From IMG/VR virus record IMGVR_UViG_3300044461_000032: a stretch of 54,260 nucleotides of DNA; one strand, given 5' to 3'. The notes beneath the pieces were generated by a model. The model was not told where the DNA came from, did no database searches, and saw only the letters and a program-made list of their open reading frames with translations. Positions 34,014-42,305 of this stretch are shown here, piece by piece. Source of the DNA: a virus. Positions within the stretch are counted from its first letter, which is position 1. Every line of letters begins with the position of its first letter. A program made the position numbers and the translations under genes.

Positions 34014-36221
34014 CTAGACCGCCTGAGATTCATCGCGGAACAATTCCCCGTGGTCCTGCTTCGCCGTCGCGAGATTCCGGCAGGCCTGCTCCCAATACGA
34101 CCGTTTCAGTTCAGCCCCGACAAACCGCCGCCCCGTCTGCAGCGAGACGTAGCCTTCGCTCCCGATGCCCATGAACGGCGACAGCACGAGGTCGTCAGGA
34201 TTGCTCCAGAGCCGCAGGGCGCGGCGAATCACGTCGAGCTGGAGCGGGCAGATGTGGCGTTCGTCGTTGTGCTCCCGCGCTGACCGAAACTGCAGCGTGT
34301 CGTTCGGCTGAATATCCATCCAGATCGGAGAAGCGATCTTCTGCCATTCCGACACGGGGAATGTCTCGTTCGTGTGCGTTACCCGCGACGGATTATCGCC
34401 AGGCTTCCGCATCGTGACGAGGTAATCCGGGACGCCTTGCCGTGACATACAGGAGTCCTTCTTGAGTTGCTTGTGGAGCAGCCCGAGCGCCTTCGTGCGC
34501 TGCATGGCCGTGACTGGATCTTTCCAGATGCAGACTTCGGAGTGATAGATCCAGCCTTCCGCGGTATGCGCCCGGATCAAATCGCCGCGGAAGTCCCGCA
34601 ACCCGATCATCCCGTGGTGCGTCTTGCTCGTCGGCAGGTTCATGCAATGAAACGACACCAGCCGCCCGGGTTTCGTCACCCGGAAGATCTCCCGCACGAT
34701 CATCTGGTAGTGCTCCAGGAACATCGCGTCATCGTGGCTGTTCCCCATGTCCCGGTCGGAGGCCGAGTAGGTGTAGAGACTCGAGAACGGCGGCGAATAC
34801 ACCGTGAAGTCCACGGAGTCATCCGCGAGATCACCGACGACATCGATACAATCGCCGAGATGCGCCGACCACTGCTCGCCCGTGACACACTCCCGCACGT
34901 ATTCGGTTTTGAATCGCTGCGTCGCCCCTCGAAGAGCCGAGGCATTCAAATCCTGCATGTGGGTCACCATCGCGTCCGACATCCGCATGGCGTCCGCTTC
35001 CTTTCGTTGAATGTTGGCGACCACGGCACCCTCGGTGTCAGCCGTGATCAAATGGACCTGCACGGACCGCGTTTGCCCAAAGCGCCAACAGCGGCGCACC
35101 GATTGATAAAAGGCTTCGTAGGAGTCGCTCAAGCCCACAAAGGCCATCTGCGCGCATTGCTGAAAGTTCAGGCCGAACCCCCAGATCGACGGCTTACTGA
35201 TGACGACGCGCACCGTGCCAGCCTGGAAGTCAATGGCCGTCTGCTCTTTATGTTCGGCGCTGTCGGACCCAGTCACTTCCACGGCCCCAGGAATGGCGCG
35301 CGTCAACGCCTGACTCTCCGTGTTGAGGTTGCACCAGATGAGCCATTGCCCAGTCGAGGCCGTGACCACCTCGGCGCATCGCTCCACCCGTGCGTCAATG
35401 GACGACCGCCGGGCCCCGAGCCGCTCCTGGAGCGTGTTCGCCACGACGGGGAAGAGATACCCTTCGGGCGGGAGTCCGCACTCCACCACGGACTCGTGGA
35501 ACACCAACTCTGGCAACGTAAAGCCACCATCGTCATACCCGAGGTCCGATGGCTTGCGGAGCATCATCGCCCATGAGCACAGCCATCGCCAGAAGTCGCG
35601 CTCCGCGTGGCCCTTGAGCCGCCATTGGCTGGTGTCGCCCCCGTCATGGACGAAAAACATCGAGAGCATTTCCGCGCGAGACATCACGGAGAGGAACTCG
35701 GCATGGTTGCCAATCTCCATGTAGTCATTCGGAGCGGGAGTGGCTGTGCAGCACAGTCGAAACGGCGTCCGTGAGAACATCTCGATCAGCGCCGTCCGCG
35801 TCTTGCCGTCGAACGCCTTCAGGATGCTTGACTCGTCCAGCACGACGCCGGCGAAGCGCGATGGATCGAAGGCCTCCAGCCGCTCGTAGTTCGTGATCGT
35901 CACGCGCGAGGTAATGTCGCCATGCCGAGCCGCATACCGCACCGGCACGTCGAACTTCTGCCCCTCGCGAACGGTCTGCGACGACACCGCCAGCGGCGCC
36001 ACAATCAACACGTCGCCGTCTATGGCATTCGCCCATGCGAGTTGCATCGGCGTCTTGCCGAGTCCGCAATCCGCCCACAACGCCGCGCGGCCTCGCCGCA
36101 AGGCCCACGCCGTGAGGTCGCGCTGAAACGGATACAGTTGGCTGTTCAGTTCCGGTACCGCGTCCATGCCGGTCATTGGATCGGTCGCCGACTTGCGCAC
36201 CAGGAACTCGGCGTAACTCAC
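34014..36221 (-). CDS. SNF2/SF2 helicase fused to a DNA methyltransferase (N4/N6 beta-class), 735 aa
   Basis: GTG at 36221 (GTGA overlap). ..LYPFQRDL..ADCGLGKTPMQL.. (Walker A), ..VVLDESS.. (DExx), ..FTVYSPPFSSLYTYS.. (motif IV), ..VLSPFMGIGSEGYV.. (motif I). Confidence 0.8.
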   Translation of the reverse strand: MSYAEFLVRKSATDPMTGMDAVPELNSQLYPFQRDLTAWALRRGRAALWADCGLGKTPMQLAWANAIDGDVLIVAPLAVSSQTVREGQKFDVPVRYAARHGDITSRVTITNYERLEAFDPSRFAGVVLDESSILKAFDGKTRTALIEMFSRTPFRLCCTATPAPNDYMEIGNHAEFLSVMSRAEMLSMFFVHDGGDTSQWRLKGHAERDFWRWLCSWAMMLRKPSDLGYDDGGFTLPELVFHESVVECGLPPEGYLFPVVANTLQERLGARRSSIDARVERCAEVVTASTGQWLIWCNLNTESQALTRAIPGAVEVTGSDSAEHKEQTAIDFQAGTVRVVISKPSIWGFGLNFQQCAQMAFVGLSDSYEAFYQSVRRCWRFGQTRSVQVHLITADTEGAVVANIQRKEADAMRMSDAMVTHMQDLNASALRGATQRFKTEYVRECVTGEQWSAHLGDCIDVVGDLADDSVDFTVYSPPFSSLYTYSASDRDMGNSHDDAMFLEHYQMIVREIFRVTKPGRLVSFHCMNLPTSKTHHGMIGLRDFRGDLIRAHTAEGWIYHSEVCIWKDPVTAMQRTKALGLLHKQLKKDSCMSRQGVPDYLVTMRKPGDNPSRVTHTNETFPVSEWQKIASPIWMDIQPNDTLQFRSAREHNDERHICPLQLDVIRRALRLWSNPDDLVLSPFMGIGSEGYVSLQTGRRFVGAELKRSYWEQACRNLATAKQDHGELFRDESQAV

Positions 36222-36343
36222 TTGGCCCCCTTGGACCGGCACGTCGCACAGGGCAGGACCACGGTCGTCATGTAATACGCCTTCCGGCACGCGAGGCACG
36301 TCACGAGCACGGCTTCGATTTGGTGGTCATCATAGGAGCGCAT
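36218..36343 (-). CDS. Small zinc-ribbon-like peptide, 41 aa (below the ORF-track cutoff)
   Basis: MRSYDDHQIEAVLVTCLACRKAYYMTTVVLPCATCRSKGAK. Coupled to neighbours at both ends. Confidence 0.4.
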   Translation of the reverse strand: MRSYDDHQIEAVLVTCLACRKAYYMTTVVLPCATCRSKGAK

Positions 36344-36549
36344 CAGTTCACCATCGCCTTCGCCTTGTCCTCTTCCGCCCACAAGCACCCCTGACAAACG
36401 AAGTCATATCTGAGTAGCCCGTTGGGCAAGTGATACTCCGGGCAGATCACGGCCGGTTCCCCGTCATAGTTCTCTTCCCAGGCGCCCGAGCATTCCGTCT
36501 TCGCGCCGCAGACTGAGCAGGGGTGGTGGTGCGGCTTCACGCGCGGCAT
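36343..36549 (-). CDS. Small Cys-rich protein, 68 aa
   Basis: ATG at 36549. ..HHHPCSVCGAKTEC..VICPEYH..CQGC.. Confidence 0.5.
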   Translation of the reverse strand: MPRVKPHHHPCSVCGAKTECSGAWEENYDGEPAVICPEYHLPNGLLRYDFVCQGCLWAEEDKAKAMVN

Positions 36550-36857
36550 TACGTCACCGCCTCCGTCGCGCCAGCATGATCCAGTATCCATTTCGCCACG
36601 CGATCCGGTGAGCCCCAACAGGAAGACGGCGCGGCGTTATAAAGGAATTGCACATGCTCGACGAACGCCCGCCGGTTAGGTTCGTCCGCGCGGGCGCACG
36701 CCTCACTGAGATCGTTTTCAAGGACTGCCGTCAGGAAATGTCCTGGTCGGATCCCGTGCCGGATGTAACGCACATATCCATCATGTGTGTGCTCAGGCAC
36801 GCCAAAGGCGATCAGTTGCTCCCGTAGAAACGGCTCGTCCAACTTTAACCGTGGCAT
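36549..36857 (-). CDS. Hypothetical protein, 102 aa
   Basis: ATG at 36857 overlaps the upstream TAA. Confidence 0.5.
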   Translation of the reverse strand: MPRLKLDEPFLREQLIAFGVPEHTHDGYVRYIRHGIRPGHFLTAVLENDLSEACARADEPNRRAFVEHVQFLYNAAPSSCWGSPDRVAKWILDHAGATEAVT

Positions 36858-37216
36858 TACGTCACCCGCTCGAAGCGCACGCCGCCGAGCGAGCGCAGGA
36901 TATGGTTGTGAATCAGCCGGTGGCACACCGCGCAGACGTGGACCTTGTTGCTCGCCAGCGCCGACTCCCCGACGCCGCGCACCCCGATCCCGCCGAGCAG
37001 GTGGTGGACGTGCATCGCGTGGCGGCCACAGCGCAGCCACCCTTCGAGCCGTGCCTTGATCCGCTCTTCCTGGACTTCACAGAGCCCCCCGCTGCGCGCC
37101 TTGACCTTGGCGCTTTCGCGCGTGTCGAAGGCTTCGAGGGCCTTGCGGCGCACGGCCTTATCTAAGGCGCGCGGTCGGCCCTTCGGGAAGGCGAGACGGC
37201 TGGTGTCCATCGCCAT
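36857..37216 (-). CDS. HNH endonuclease, 119 aa
   Basis: ..GGLCEVQEE..RCGRHAMHVHHLLGGIG..NKVHVCAVCHRLIHN.. Confidence 0.7.
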   Translation of the reverse strand: MAMDTSRLAFPKGRPRALDKAVRRKALEAFDTRESAKVKARSGGLCEVQEERIKARLEGWLRCGRHAMHVHHLLGGIGVRGVGESALASNKVHVCAVCHRLIHNHILRSLGGVRFERVT

Positions 37217-37722
37217 CACTCGTCCACGTTCACGTCAGAGAATGCACGCGCAGCCAGATCGACCGACATTCCAAGTTCACGACCGATACGCCTCCACGAA
37301 ACCCCGGAAGATCGCATTGACACTATCCGGTGAGACACCTCCGCAGGCACTTCACGGAACATATGATTCCGTTCACGGAGTGCAGAGCGTTTCTTCTCGG
37401 CCATGTCACGCATGTTTTCTGCATGAGTGGCCAGGAACAGGTGAGAAGGGTTGACGCACAGCCTGACGTCGCATCTATGAGCGACTTCTATTCCTGCCGG
37501 GATCTTTCCGTTGGTCAATTCCCACGCGACGCGATGAGCCTTTGTCATCCGTTTCTTGATGCCGAAGTCGCCGTAACCGTTTCGGGTGGCAGCAGTCCAT
37601 ATCCAGCAGTCGCCAGATTTATCAACCTTCGCCCAGAAGCGCGGCTCAATAGGACCAGCGCGGAGGAACCTCCCAAGCGTAGAGCGTTCCATCATCGACG
37701 ACTTGCCGCTACTCATCGACAT
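37216..37722 (-). CDS. HNH_3-type (homing-type) endonuclease, ~168 aa
   Basis: ..NGYGDFGIKKRMTKAHRVAWELTNGKIPAGIEVAHRCDVRLCVNPSHLFLATHAENMRD.. Lies in a patch of visibly lower GC. Confidence 0.75.
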   Translation of the reverse strand: MSMSSGKSSMMERSTLGRFLRAGPIEPRFWAKVDKSGDCWIWTAATRNGYGDFGIKKRMTKAHRVAWELTNGKIPAGIEVAHRCDVRLCVNPSHLFLATHAENMRDMAEKKRSALRERNHMFREVPAEVSHRIVSMRSSGVSWRRIGRELGMSVDLAARAFSDVNVDE

Positions 37723-37927
37723 CTCCTGAAACGCCAAGTCTCTCCCGCATGGCCGCACGGCTCCACGACGGTGGCTCATACTCCACATCGGCCTTGTCCC
37801 GCTCCTGCCCATACATCGCGTCTTCGTCGGTCTGGCAGGGGGGGCATAGATCGACGTAGGCCTCGGTCGCGGTGAACAGCCGGTGACAGCCCAGGCAGCG
37901 CGATTGCCAGGTGAGTTTGTCCGTCAT
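37709..37927 (-). CDS. Small Cys-containing protein, 72 aa
   Basis: ..CLGCHRLF..CPPCQ.. Confidence 0.45.
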   Translation of the reverse strand: MTDKLTWQSRCLGCHRLFTATEAYVDLCPPCQTDEDAMYGQERDKADVEYEPPSWSRAAMRERLGVSGDVDE

Positions 37928-38055
37928 CACAAACCACCTTTGGCTTTCCGTTCCACCTTGGGCCGGCCGCCCTTTTTGCCGTTCTCTCGGCTACTGGCGG
38001 CTTTTCGAGCGGACTTGATCCGCCCGAGCGCCACGGCTGCTGGATTCTTGGCCAT
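37927..38055 (-). CDS. Small basic peptide, 42 aa (below the ORF-track cutoff)
   Basis: MAKNPAAVALGRIKSARKAASSRENGKKGGRPKVERKAKGGL. Its start overlaps the upstream TAA. Confidence 0.4.
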   Translation of the reverse strand: MAKNPAAVALGRIKSARKAASSRENGKKGGRPKVERKAKGGL

Positions 38056-38255
38056 TAGTCGGTAACCCCCATCTGTCGCCGCTCCGACCTGTGGCCGTCA
38101 TTCACGCTAGGGCCGACATCGGTAGGCTCTCCGCATTCTTCGCACGCCTCCGGGAGTTCGGCGTATTCGCCGCCTTGTTCGTCCCAGAAGATCTCTAATT
38201 CGGTGGCATGGTCGCATTCGAGGCAGATGTAGAATGTTGTGTTTTTCATAACCAT
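38055..38255 (-). CDS. Small zinc-ribbon protein, 66 aa. It may really start at the second ATG (38249)
   Basis: ..FYICLECDH..CEECGEP.. The -10 box abuts the first ATG. Confidence 0.55.
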   Translation of the reverse strand: MVMKNTTFYICLECDHATELEIFWDEQGGEYAELPEACEECGEPTDVGPSVNDGHRSERRQMGVTD

Positions 38256-38284
38256 ATAATACCTATCGCTAGGTTATGAGTCAA
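38256..38284 (-). promoter_or_regulatory. Sigma70-type promoter TTGACT-N17-TATTAT, with leaderless geometry
   Basis: Minus strand: TTGACTcataacctagcgataggTATTATatggttATG. The -35 box is at 38284-38279 and the -10 box at 38261-38256. Confidence 0.6.
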
Positions 38285-38363
38285 CGGCTATTTTAATCAA
38301 AATCACGCCTGTTTCTGTGGCCATCCCAGAAAACCTACCATCCTAGGGGCCACGCCAGCGGCA

Positions 38364-39032
38364 TCACGCCAGCACCGCCGCGAGGGTGCCCCGCAAGTTT
38401 GTCATCGTCAGCAGGGCCGCGACTTCCTGATTCACTTCCGTGAGGAAGGCTCTCGCCTCGCGGGCATACTCCGCGACGTCCGTCTCGTCACGGGGGACGC
38501 GCACGTAGAACACTTGCAACGCCTCCGGGAACCGATCATCGAAGGAGAGAAAGTCGTAGGCCTGCGCCCCGGTGATCCACAGCTCGTGCAGCATTTGCGC
38601 GCGGTGCTCGGCCGGAAACTTACCGCCGCGTAGGTAGCGAATGTGCGTGCTCGACTTCGGGCACTTGAAGCTCACGAGCGTCTCGAAGTCCCCGAGGTGG
38701 CCGTCCAGTGAGCACCCGGCGCGTAAGGACGTGTGCGCCAGGAACCCCGTAGACGTCACCAGATGGCCCGTGAGGGCTTCGTAGGCCGCTCTGGCGTCGG
38801 GCTCCTTGTCGATGCCGCGCTGCATCGCTGCGTTGATGTAGCCGTCTTCCTGGGGCATCCCCGTCAGGATTTCGGCCACGAGCTGCATCCGGTAGTCACG
38901 ACGGGCCGCGGCCTCCCCCGTCTTGATCTTGGCTAGGATGTCCGCCGCCCGCGATCCCGTGGCTCGTCCGGCGCGAGCGGCGTGCCACTCGGGGGTCCGC
39001 TGCTCGAATTCCAGGACAGTAAAGGGCCTCAT
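38364..39032 (-). CDS. YqaJ-like (lambda-Exo-type) recombination exonuclease, 222 aa
   Basis: ATG at 39032 (ATGA overlap). ..RTPEWHAARAGRATGSRAADI.., ..CSLDGH.., ..VSFKCP.. Confidence 0.7.
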   Translation of the reverse strand: MRPFTVLEFEQRTPEWHAARAGRATGSRAADILAKIKTGEAAARRDYRMQLVAEILTGMPQEDGYINAAMQRGIDKEPDARAAYEALTGHLVTSTGFLAHTSLRAGCSLDGHLGDFETLVSFKCPKSSTHIRYLRGGKFPAEHRAQMLHELWITGAQAYDFLSFDDRFPEALQVFYVRVPRDETDVAEYAREARAFLTEVNQEVAALLTMTNLRGTLAAVLA

Positions 39033-39820
39033 TTGGCTTTCACCCGAATCGCGCACGTCTTGATCGCCGCCAGCCGCTTCGGATCAGTGCTCGCCAGATG
39101 CTTTCGGTAGGACGGCTGAGACTCATTCCACGCGTCAGAGAACGCCGGCATTCCACTATCGGCTACGCCTTCCAGGATGGCCAGCCAGGCGTCATAGCCC
39201 TCTGGGGCCTCCGGTGCCTTCTTCGGCACGGCCTTCTCCGCGTCGTCATCTTCCCCGCGCGTGACGATACAGAGTAGATCCTTACAGGTGTATCTTTTTC
39301 CGTAGGACACCGCCGACGCGAGCGCCTGGATCGGATTCTTGCTCCCGCTCTGGTCCGCCGCCGACAGAAACTCGCTTTGCCGCGCGTGGCCCTCCCGGTG
39401 CGTCAGGATGCCGATCACCTTGACCGACTTGTCGGTCGGCCACTCGGTGCGGAAACTCAGGGAGAAGCCATGCCGGGAGAGCACCGGCCGCACGGGTTCG
39501 ATGATGTCTTCGAGCGGGGCATAGGTCGCCTTGTCCGTGGAGGCCTTCTCGATGATGGTCGGGATGTCGGACTGCAACGCAGAGAACGCCACGTTGAACG
39601 CCTGCTCGGCCTGATGCCGCAAGATGCGCTCTTGCAGCTCGATGATCTTTTCCAGCTTCGCGACGTCCACCTGCGGATTGGCCGCGAGGCGCTCGATCAC
39701 GGAGGCGAGCCCGCCGTCCGGGGCAGTCGGCACCAGGGCCACGTCCTTGACGCCGGTCTGTGGCGGCTCGCGACGATAAATGTTGTCGAACTCGAGTGGT
39801 GGGTCTGTTACACTTGCCAT
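39029..39820 (-). CDS. ERF-family single-strand annealing protein, 263 aa
   Basis: ATG at 39820 preceded by AAAGGA. ..AFNVAFSALQSDIPTIIEKASTDKATYAPLEDIIEPVRPVLSRHGFSL.. Confidence 0.7.
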   Translation of the reverse strand: MASVTDPPLEFDNIYRREPPQTGVKDVALVPTAPDGGLASVIERLAANPQVDVAKLEKIIELQERILRHQAEQAFNVAFSALQSDIPTIIEKASTDKATYAPLEDIIEPVRPVLSRHGFSLSFRTEWPTDKSVKVIGILTHREGHARQSEFLSAADQSGSKNPIQALASAVSYGKRYTCKDLLCIVTRGEDDDAEKAVPKKAPEAPEGYDAWLAILEGVADSGMPAFSDAWNESQPSYRKHLASTDPKRLAAIKTCAIRVKAK

Positions 39821-39841
39821 GTTCTGGGGTGTCCTTTCTGT

Positions 39842-39869
39842 GGCCCGCGCTTGTCCCGCGGGCCTTTTT
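39842..39869. terminator. Perfect 8-bp GC hairpin with a T-run on the plus strand (possible bidirectional terminator)
   Basis: GGCCCGCG-cttgtcc-CGCGGGCC-TTTTT. Lies 9 nt after the reconstructed native stop of gene 40644..41036. Confidence 0.45.
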
Positions 39870-39887
39870 CTTGTCATACCCGTCCCG

Positions 39888-39895
39888 TTTCGTCG
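39888..39895. repeat. Target-site duplication TTTCGTCG (left copy, IS element 1)
   Basis: Identical 8-mer at 40685..40692, immediately outside the inverted repeats. Confidence 0.85.
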
Positions 39896-40684
39896 GGCAA
39901 TAATATACTTGACTGACCGTGATGTTTCTGCGATGATTCACTCATGGTCAGCCGCTCCGAACCGCAAACCCTTCAGCAAGCGATTCTGTTCTTCTCGGAC
40001 TACGCCAATTGCCATCGCGCCGTGATGGAGATCCGCTGGCCGGATGGTGTCGTCAAGTGCCCGCGTTGCAACTCCGAGCGCGTCTCCTACTTGGCAAATG
40101 CCCGCGTGTGGAAGTGCTACGAAGGCCATCCGCTGGCGAAGTTCTCGCTCAAGGTCGGCACCGTGTTTGAGGATTCCCCACTGCCGTTGCAGAAGTGGCT
40201 CCCGGCCGTCTGGTTGCTCACCAATTGCAAGAACGGGATCAGCAGCTACGAACTGGGCCGCGCCCTTGGTGTCACCCAGAAGACCGCATGGTTCATGCTG
40301 TCGCGTCTCCGTCTCGCGCTCCAGGCCAAGCACACTAACAGGATGAGCGGGCATGTTGAGGCCGATGAAACCTTCATCGGTGGCAAGGCCCGCAACATGC
40401 ACGCAGCGAAGCGGAAGCGCCTCGGGATCTCGCAGTCGCGTTCGATGGTCGGCAAGGTGGCCGTGATGGGCCTGCTGGAACGGCACGGTGAAGGGAGCCG
40501 CGTCCGTACCGAGGTCATCCGCAACCGCCGAAAGCATCAACTTGAGGACGTGGTCACTGACCATGTCGAGGCTGGCTCGATCCTCTACACCGATGCACTC
40601 CGCTCCTATGACCGCATGGCCTCGCGTGGTTACGTGCATCAGGTCATCGACCACGCCGAGGCGTACGTTTAGTATATTGCTGCC
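39896..40684 (+). mobile_element. IS1595-family element, truncated/non-autonomous (789 bp)
   Basis: Inverted repeats GGCAATAATATACTTGAC (left) and GGCAGCAATATACTAAAC (right, reverse complement). Flanked by an 8-bp duplication. Carries a single truncated transposase ORF. Confidence 0.8.
39944..40672 (+). pseudogene. IS1595-family transposase lacking the C-terminal third of the DDE domain (242 aa, versus 321 aa in the neighbouring copy)
   Basis: Zn-ribbon ..CPRCNSERVSY..WKC.., ..EADETFIGG.., ..YTDALRSY.. The ORF ends at ..HAEAYV with its stop inside the right inverted repeat. The neighbouring copy continues ..DGEVHTNGLENFW.. Confidence 0.7.
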
Positions 40685-41036
40685 TTTCGTCGTAGAGGAT
40701 AAACGCCTCCGGGCACCACTCGCGCGCCCGCTGCTCGGCCGCTTCGGTGTAGGCCCGCAGTTCCTCGCGGCTCAGTTCCGTGATCGATGACTTCCCCTCC
40801 GGCAGACATTCGGCCTTGAGCATCGTGTGAGCCTCGTGCTTGTGGTAACCCGTCTCCTGCGAGAACGGATCCACGACGTGCCCCCAGTAGTGCTTGATGT
40901 CCCCGTAGGTATAGGCCTCGTCCTCGGGCTCGATCCGGATCTTGAGCGCGACCCCGTCGCCCCACTTCTTCGCGAACTTCTTTCGCTGCGTGACGTAGCG
41001 CGGCCGGTCCACGACGTGAATGTCGGCGTCCCGCAC
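40644..41036 (-). CDS. Hypothetical phage protein bracketed by the two IS elements. Its 3' end was rewritten by the insertion of IS element 1
   Basis: The candidate native start is GTG at 41036. The reading frame now runs into the IS1 inverted repeat (..ILYDERQQYTKRTPRRGR*). Removing IS1 and one duplication copy restores ..ILYDETGRV*. Confidence 0.4.
   Translation of the reverse strand: MRDADIHVVDRPRYVTQRKKFAKKWGDGVALKIRIEPEDEAYTYGDIKHYWGHVVDPFSQETGYHKHEAHTMLKAECLPEGKSSITELSREELRAYTEAAEQRAREWCPEAFILYDERQQYTKRTPRRGR
40685..40692. repeat. Target-site duplication TTTCGTCG (right copy, IS element 1)
   Basis: See 39888..39895. Confidence 0.85.
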
Positions 41037-41053
41037 GACGGCTGAGACGACTA

Positions 41054-41061
41054 GGGCGTTC
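41054..41061. repeat. Target-site duplication GGGCGTTC (left copy, IS element 2)
   Basis: Identical 8-mer at 43677..43684. Confidence 0.85.
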
Positions 41062-41109
41062 GGTAACAATATACTTGACACATCACGCCGTTCTCGGTAG
41101 ACTCTCTTT

Positions 41110-42075
41110 ATGGCTACTGAGAACGGCACCCCAGACACCCTCGTCGGCGCAATTACCTACTTCTCGGACATCGACGTAGCGACTCAGTTTGTCGCGGGTC
41201 TTCGCTGGCCGGATGGCGTGACCTGCCCGCACTGTGAATCGCAGGACTGCGCGTTCGTCTCGTCCCGTCGTATCTGGCAGTGCAAGGGGTGCCGTAAGCA
41301 GTTCTCCGTCAAGGTGGGCAGCATTTTCGAGGACAGCCCGATTCCGCTCTCGAAGTGGTTGCCCGCAATGTGGTTGCTCGTGAACTGCAAGAACGGCGTC
41401 AGCAGCTACGAGATCGCCCGTGACCTTGGCGTTACCCAGAAAACCGCGTGGTTCATGATGCACCGCCTGCGCATGGCGATCATGGCGAAGTCCTTCAACA
41501 AGTTCGGCGGCAACGTCGAAGTGGACGAAACCTACATTGGCGGCAAGGCTCGCAACATGCACGTCGGCAAGCGGAAACGTCTGGGCATGTCGCAGCATCG
41601 TTCGATGCTCGGAAAGACTGCCGTGCTCGGATTGCTGGAACGCCACGGGAAGGACGGAGCCAGCCAGATCCGCACCGCCGTTGTCGAAGGTCGCAAGAAG
41701 GGCCATCTTCAGCCCCACGTCAAAGCGAACATCGAAGCTGGTGCGACTCTCCACACCGATGCCCACTTCTCGTATCAGGGCCTCAGCAGCCAGTACGTCC
41801 ACAACGTCATCGATCACGCCGAGTCGTACGTCGATGGCGAAGTCCACACCAACGGACTGGAAAACTTCTGGAGCCTTCTCAAGCGTTCCATCAAGGGCAC
41901 CTACGTGTCGGTCGAACCGTTTCATCTGTTCCGTTACCTAGACGAACAGGTGTATCGCTTCAACAACCGTAAGCAGACCGACGCTATGAGGTTTGTAGAA
42001 GCGTGCGCGTCAGTGTTCGGCAAGCGCCTCACCTATACCGTCCTCACCGGCAAGGACGTCCCGCAAACGTGCTGA
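41110..42075 (+). CDS. IS1595-family (ISXO2-like) DDE transposase, 321 aa
   Basis: ..CPHCESQDCAFV..WQCKGC.., ..EVDETYIGG.., ..HTDAHFSY.., ..NGLENFWSLLKR.. Confidence 0.8.
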   Translation: MATENGTPDTLVGAITYFSDIDVATQFVAGLRWPDGVTCPHCESQDCAFVSSRRIWQCKGCRKQFSVKVGSIFEDSPIPLSKWLPAMWLLVNCKNGVSSYEIARDLGVTQKTAWFMMHRLRMAIMAKSFNKFGGNVEVDETYIGGKARNMHVGKRKRLGMSQHRSMLGKTAVLGLLERHGKDGASQIRTAVVEGRKKGHLQPHVKANIEAGATLHTDAHFSYQGLSSQYVHNVIDHAESYVDGEVHTNGLENFWSLLKRSIKGTYVSVEPFHLFRYLDEQVYRFNNRKQTDAMRFVEACASVFGKRLTYTVLTGKDVPQTC

Positions 42076-42117
42076 GAAAGCAGCGCCGCAACTCCCGCGC
42101 GGCAGAAAGAAGCGCCG

Positions 42118-42267
42118 ATGAAAGTCCACGTACCAGGCGACACGCCAATGGACCGCCTCAGAAATTTCACAAAGCGGGTGGTCGCAGTATCACGAGAGGA
42201 AATAGAGAAGGAATCCAAGCGGTACAGCGCACGGAAACAGCGGAGAAAACCAAAGGCGCGAAAGTAG
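42118..42267 (+). CDS. Small basic ORF inside IS element 2, 49 aa (below the ORF-track cutoff)
   Basis: MKVHVPGDTPMDRLRNFTKRVVAVSREEIEKESKRYSARKQRRKPKARK, with a purine-rich stretch upstream. Confidence 0.3.
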   Translation: MKVHVPGDTPMDRLRNFTKRVVAVSREEIEKESKRYSARKQRRKPKARK

Positions 42268-42305
42268 AACGCAATTTCCGCGACAAGCAGCCAGAGCCAC
42301 GTGGC

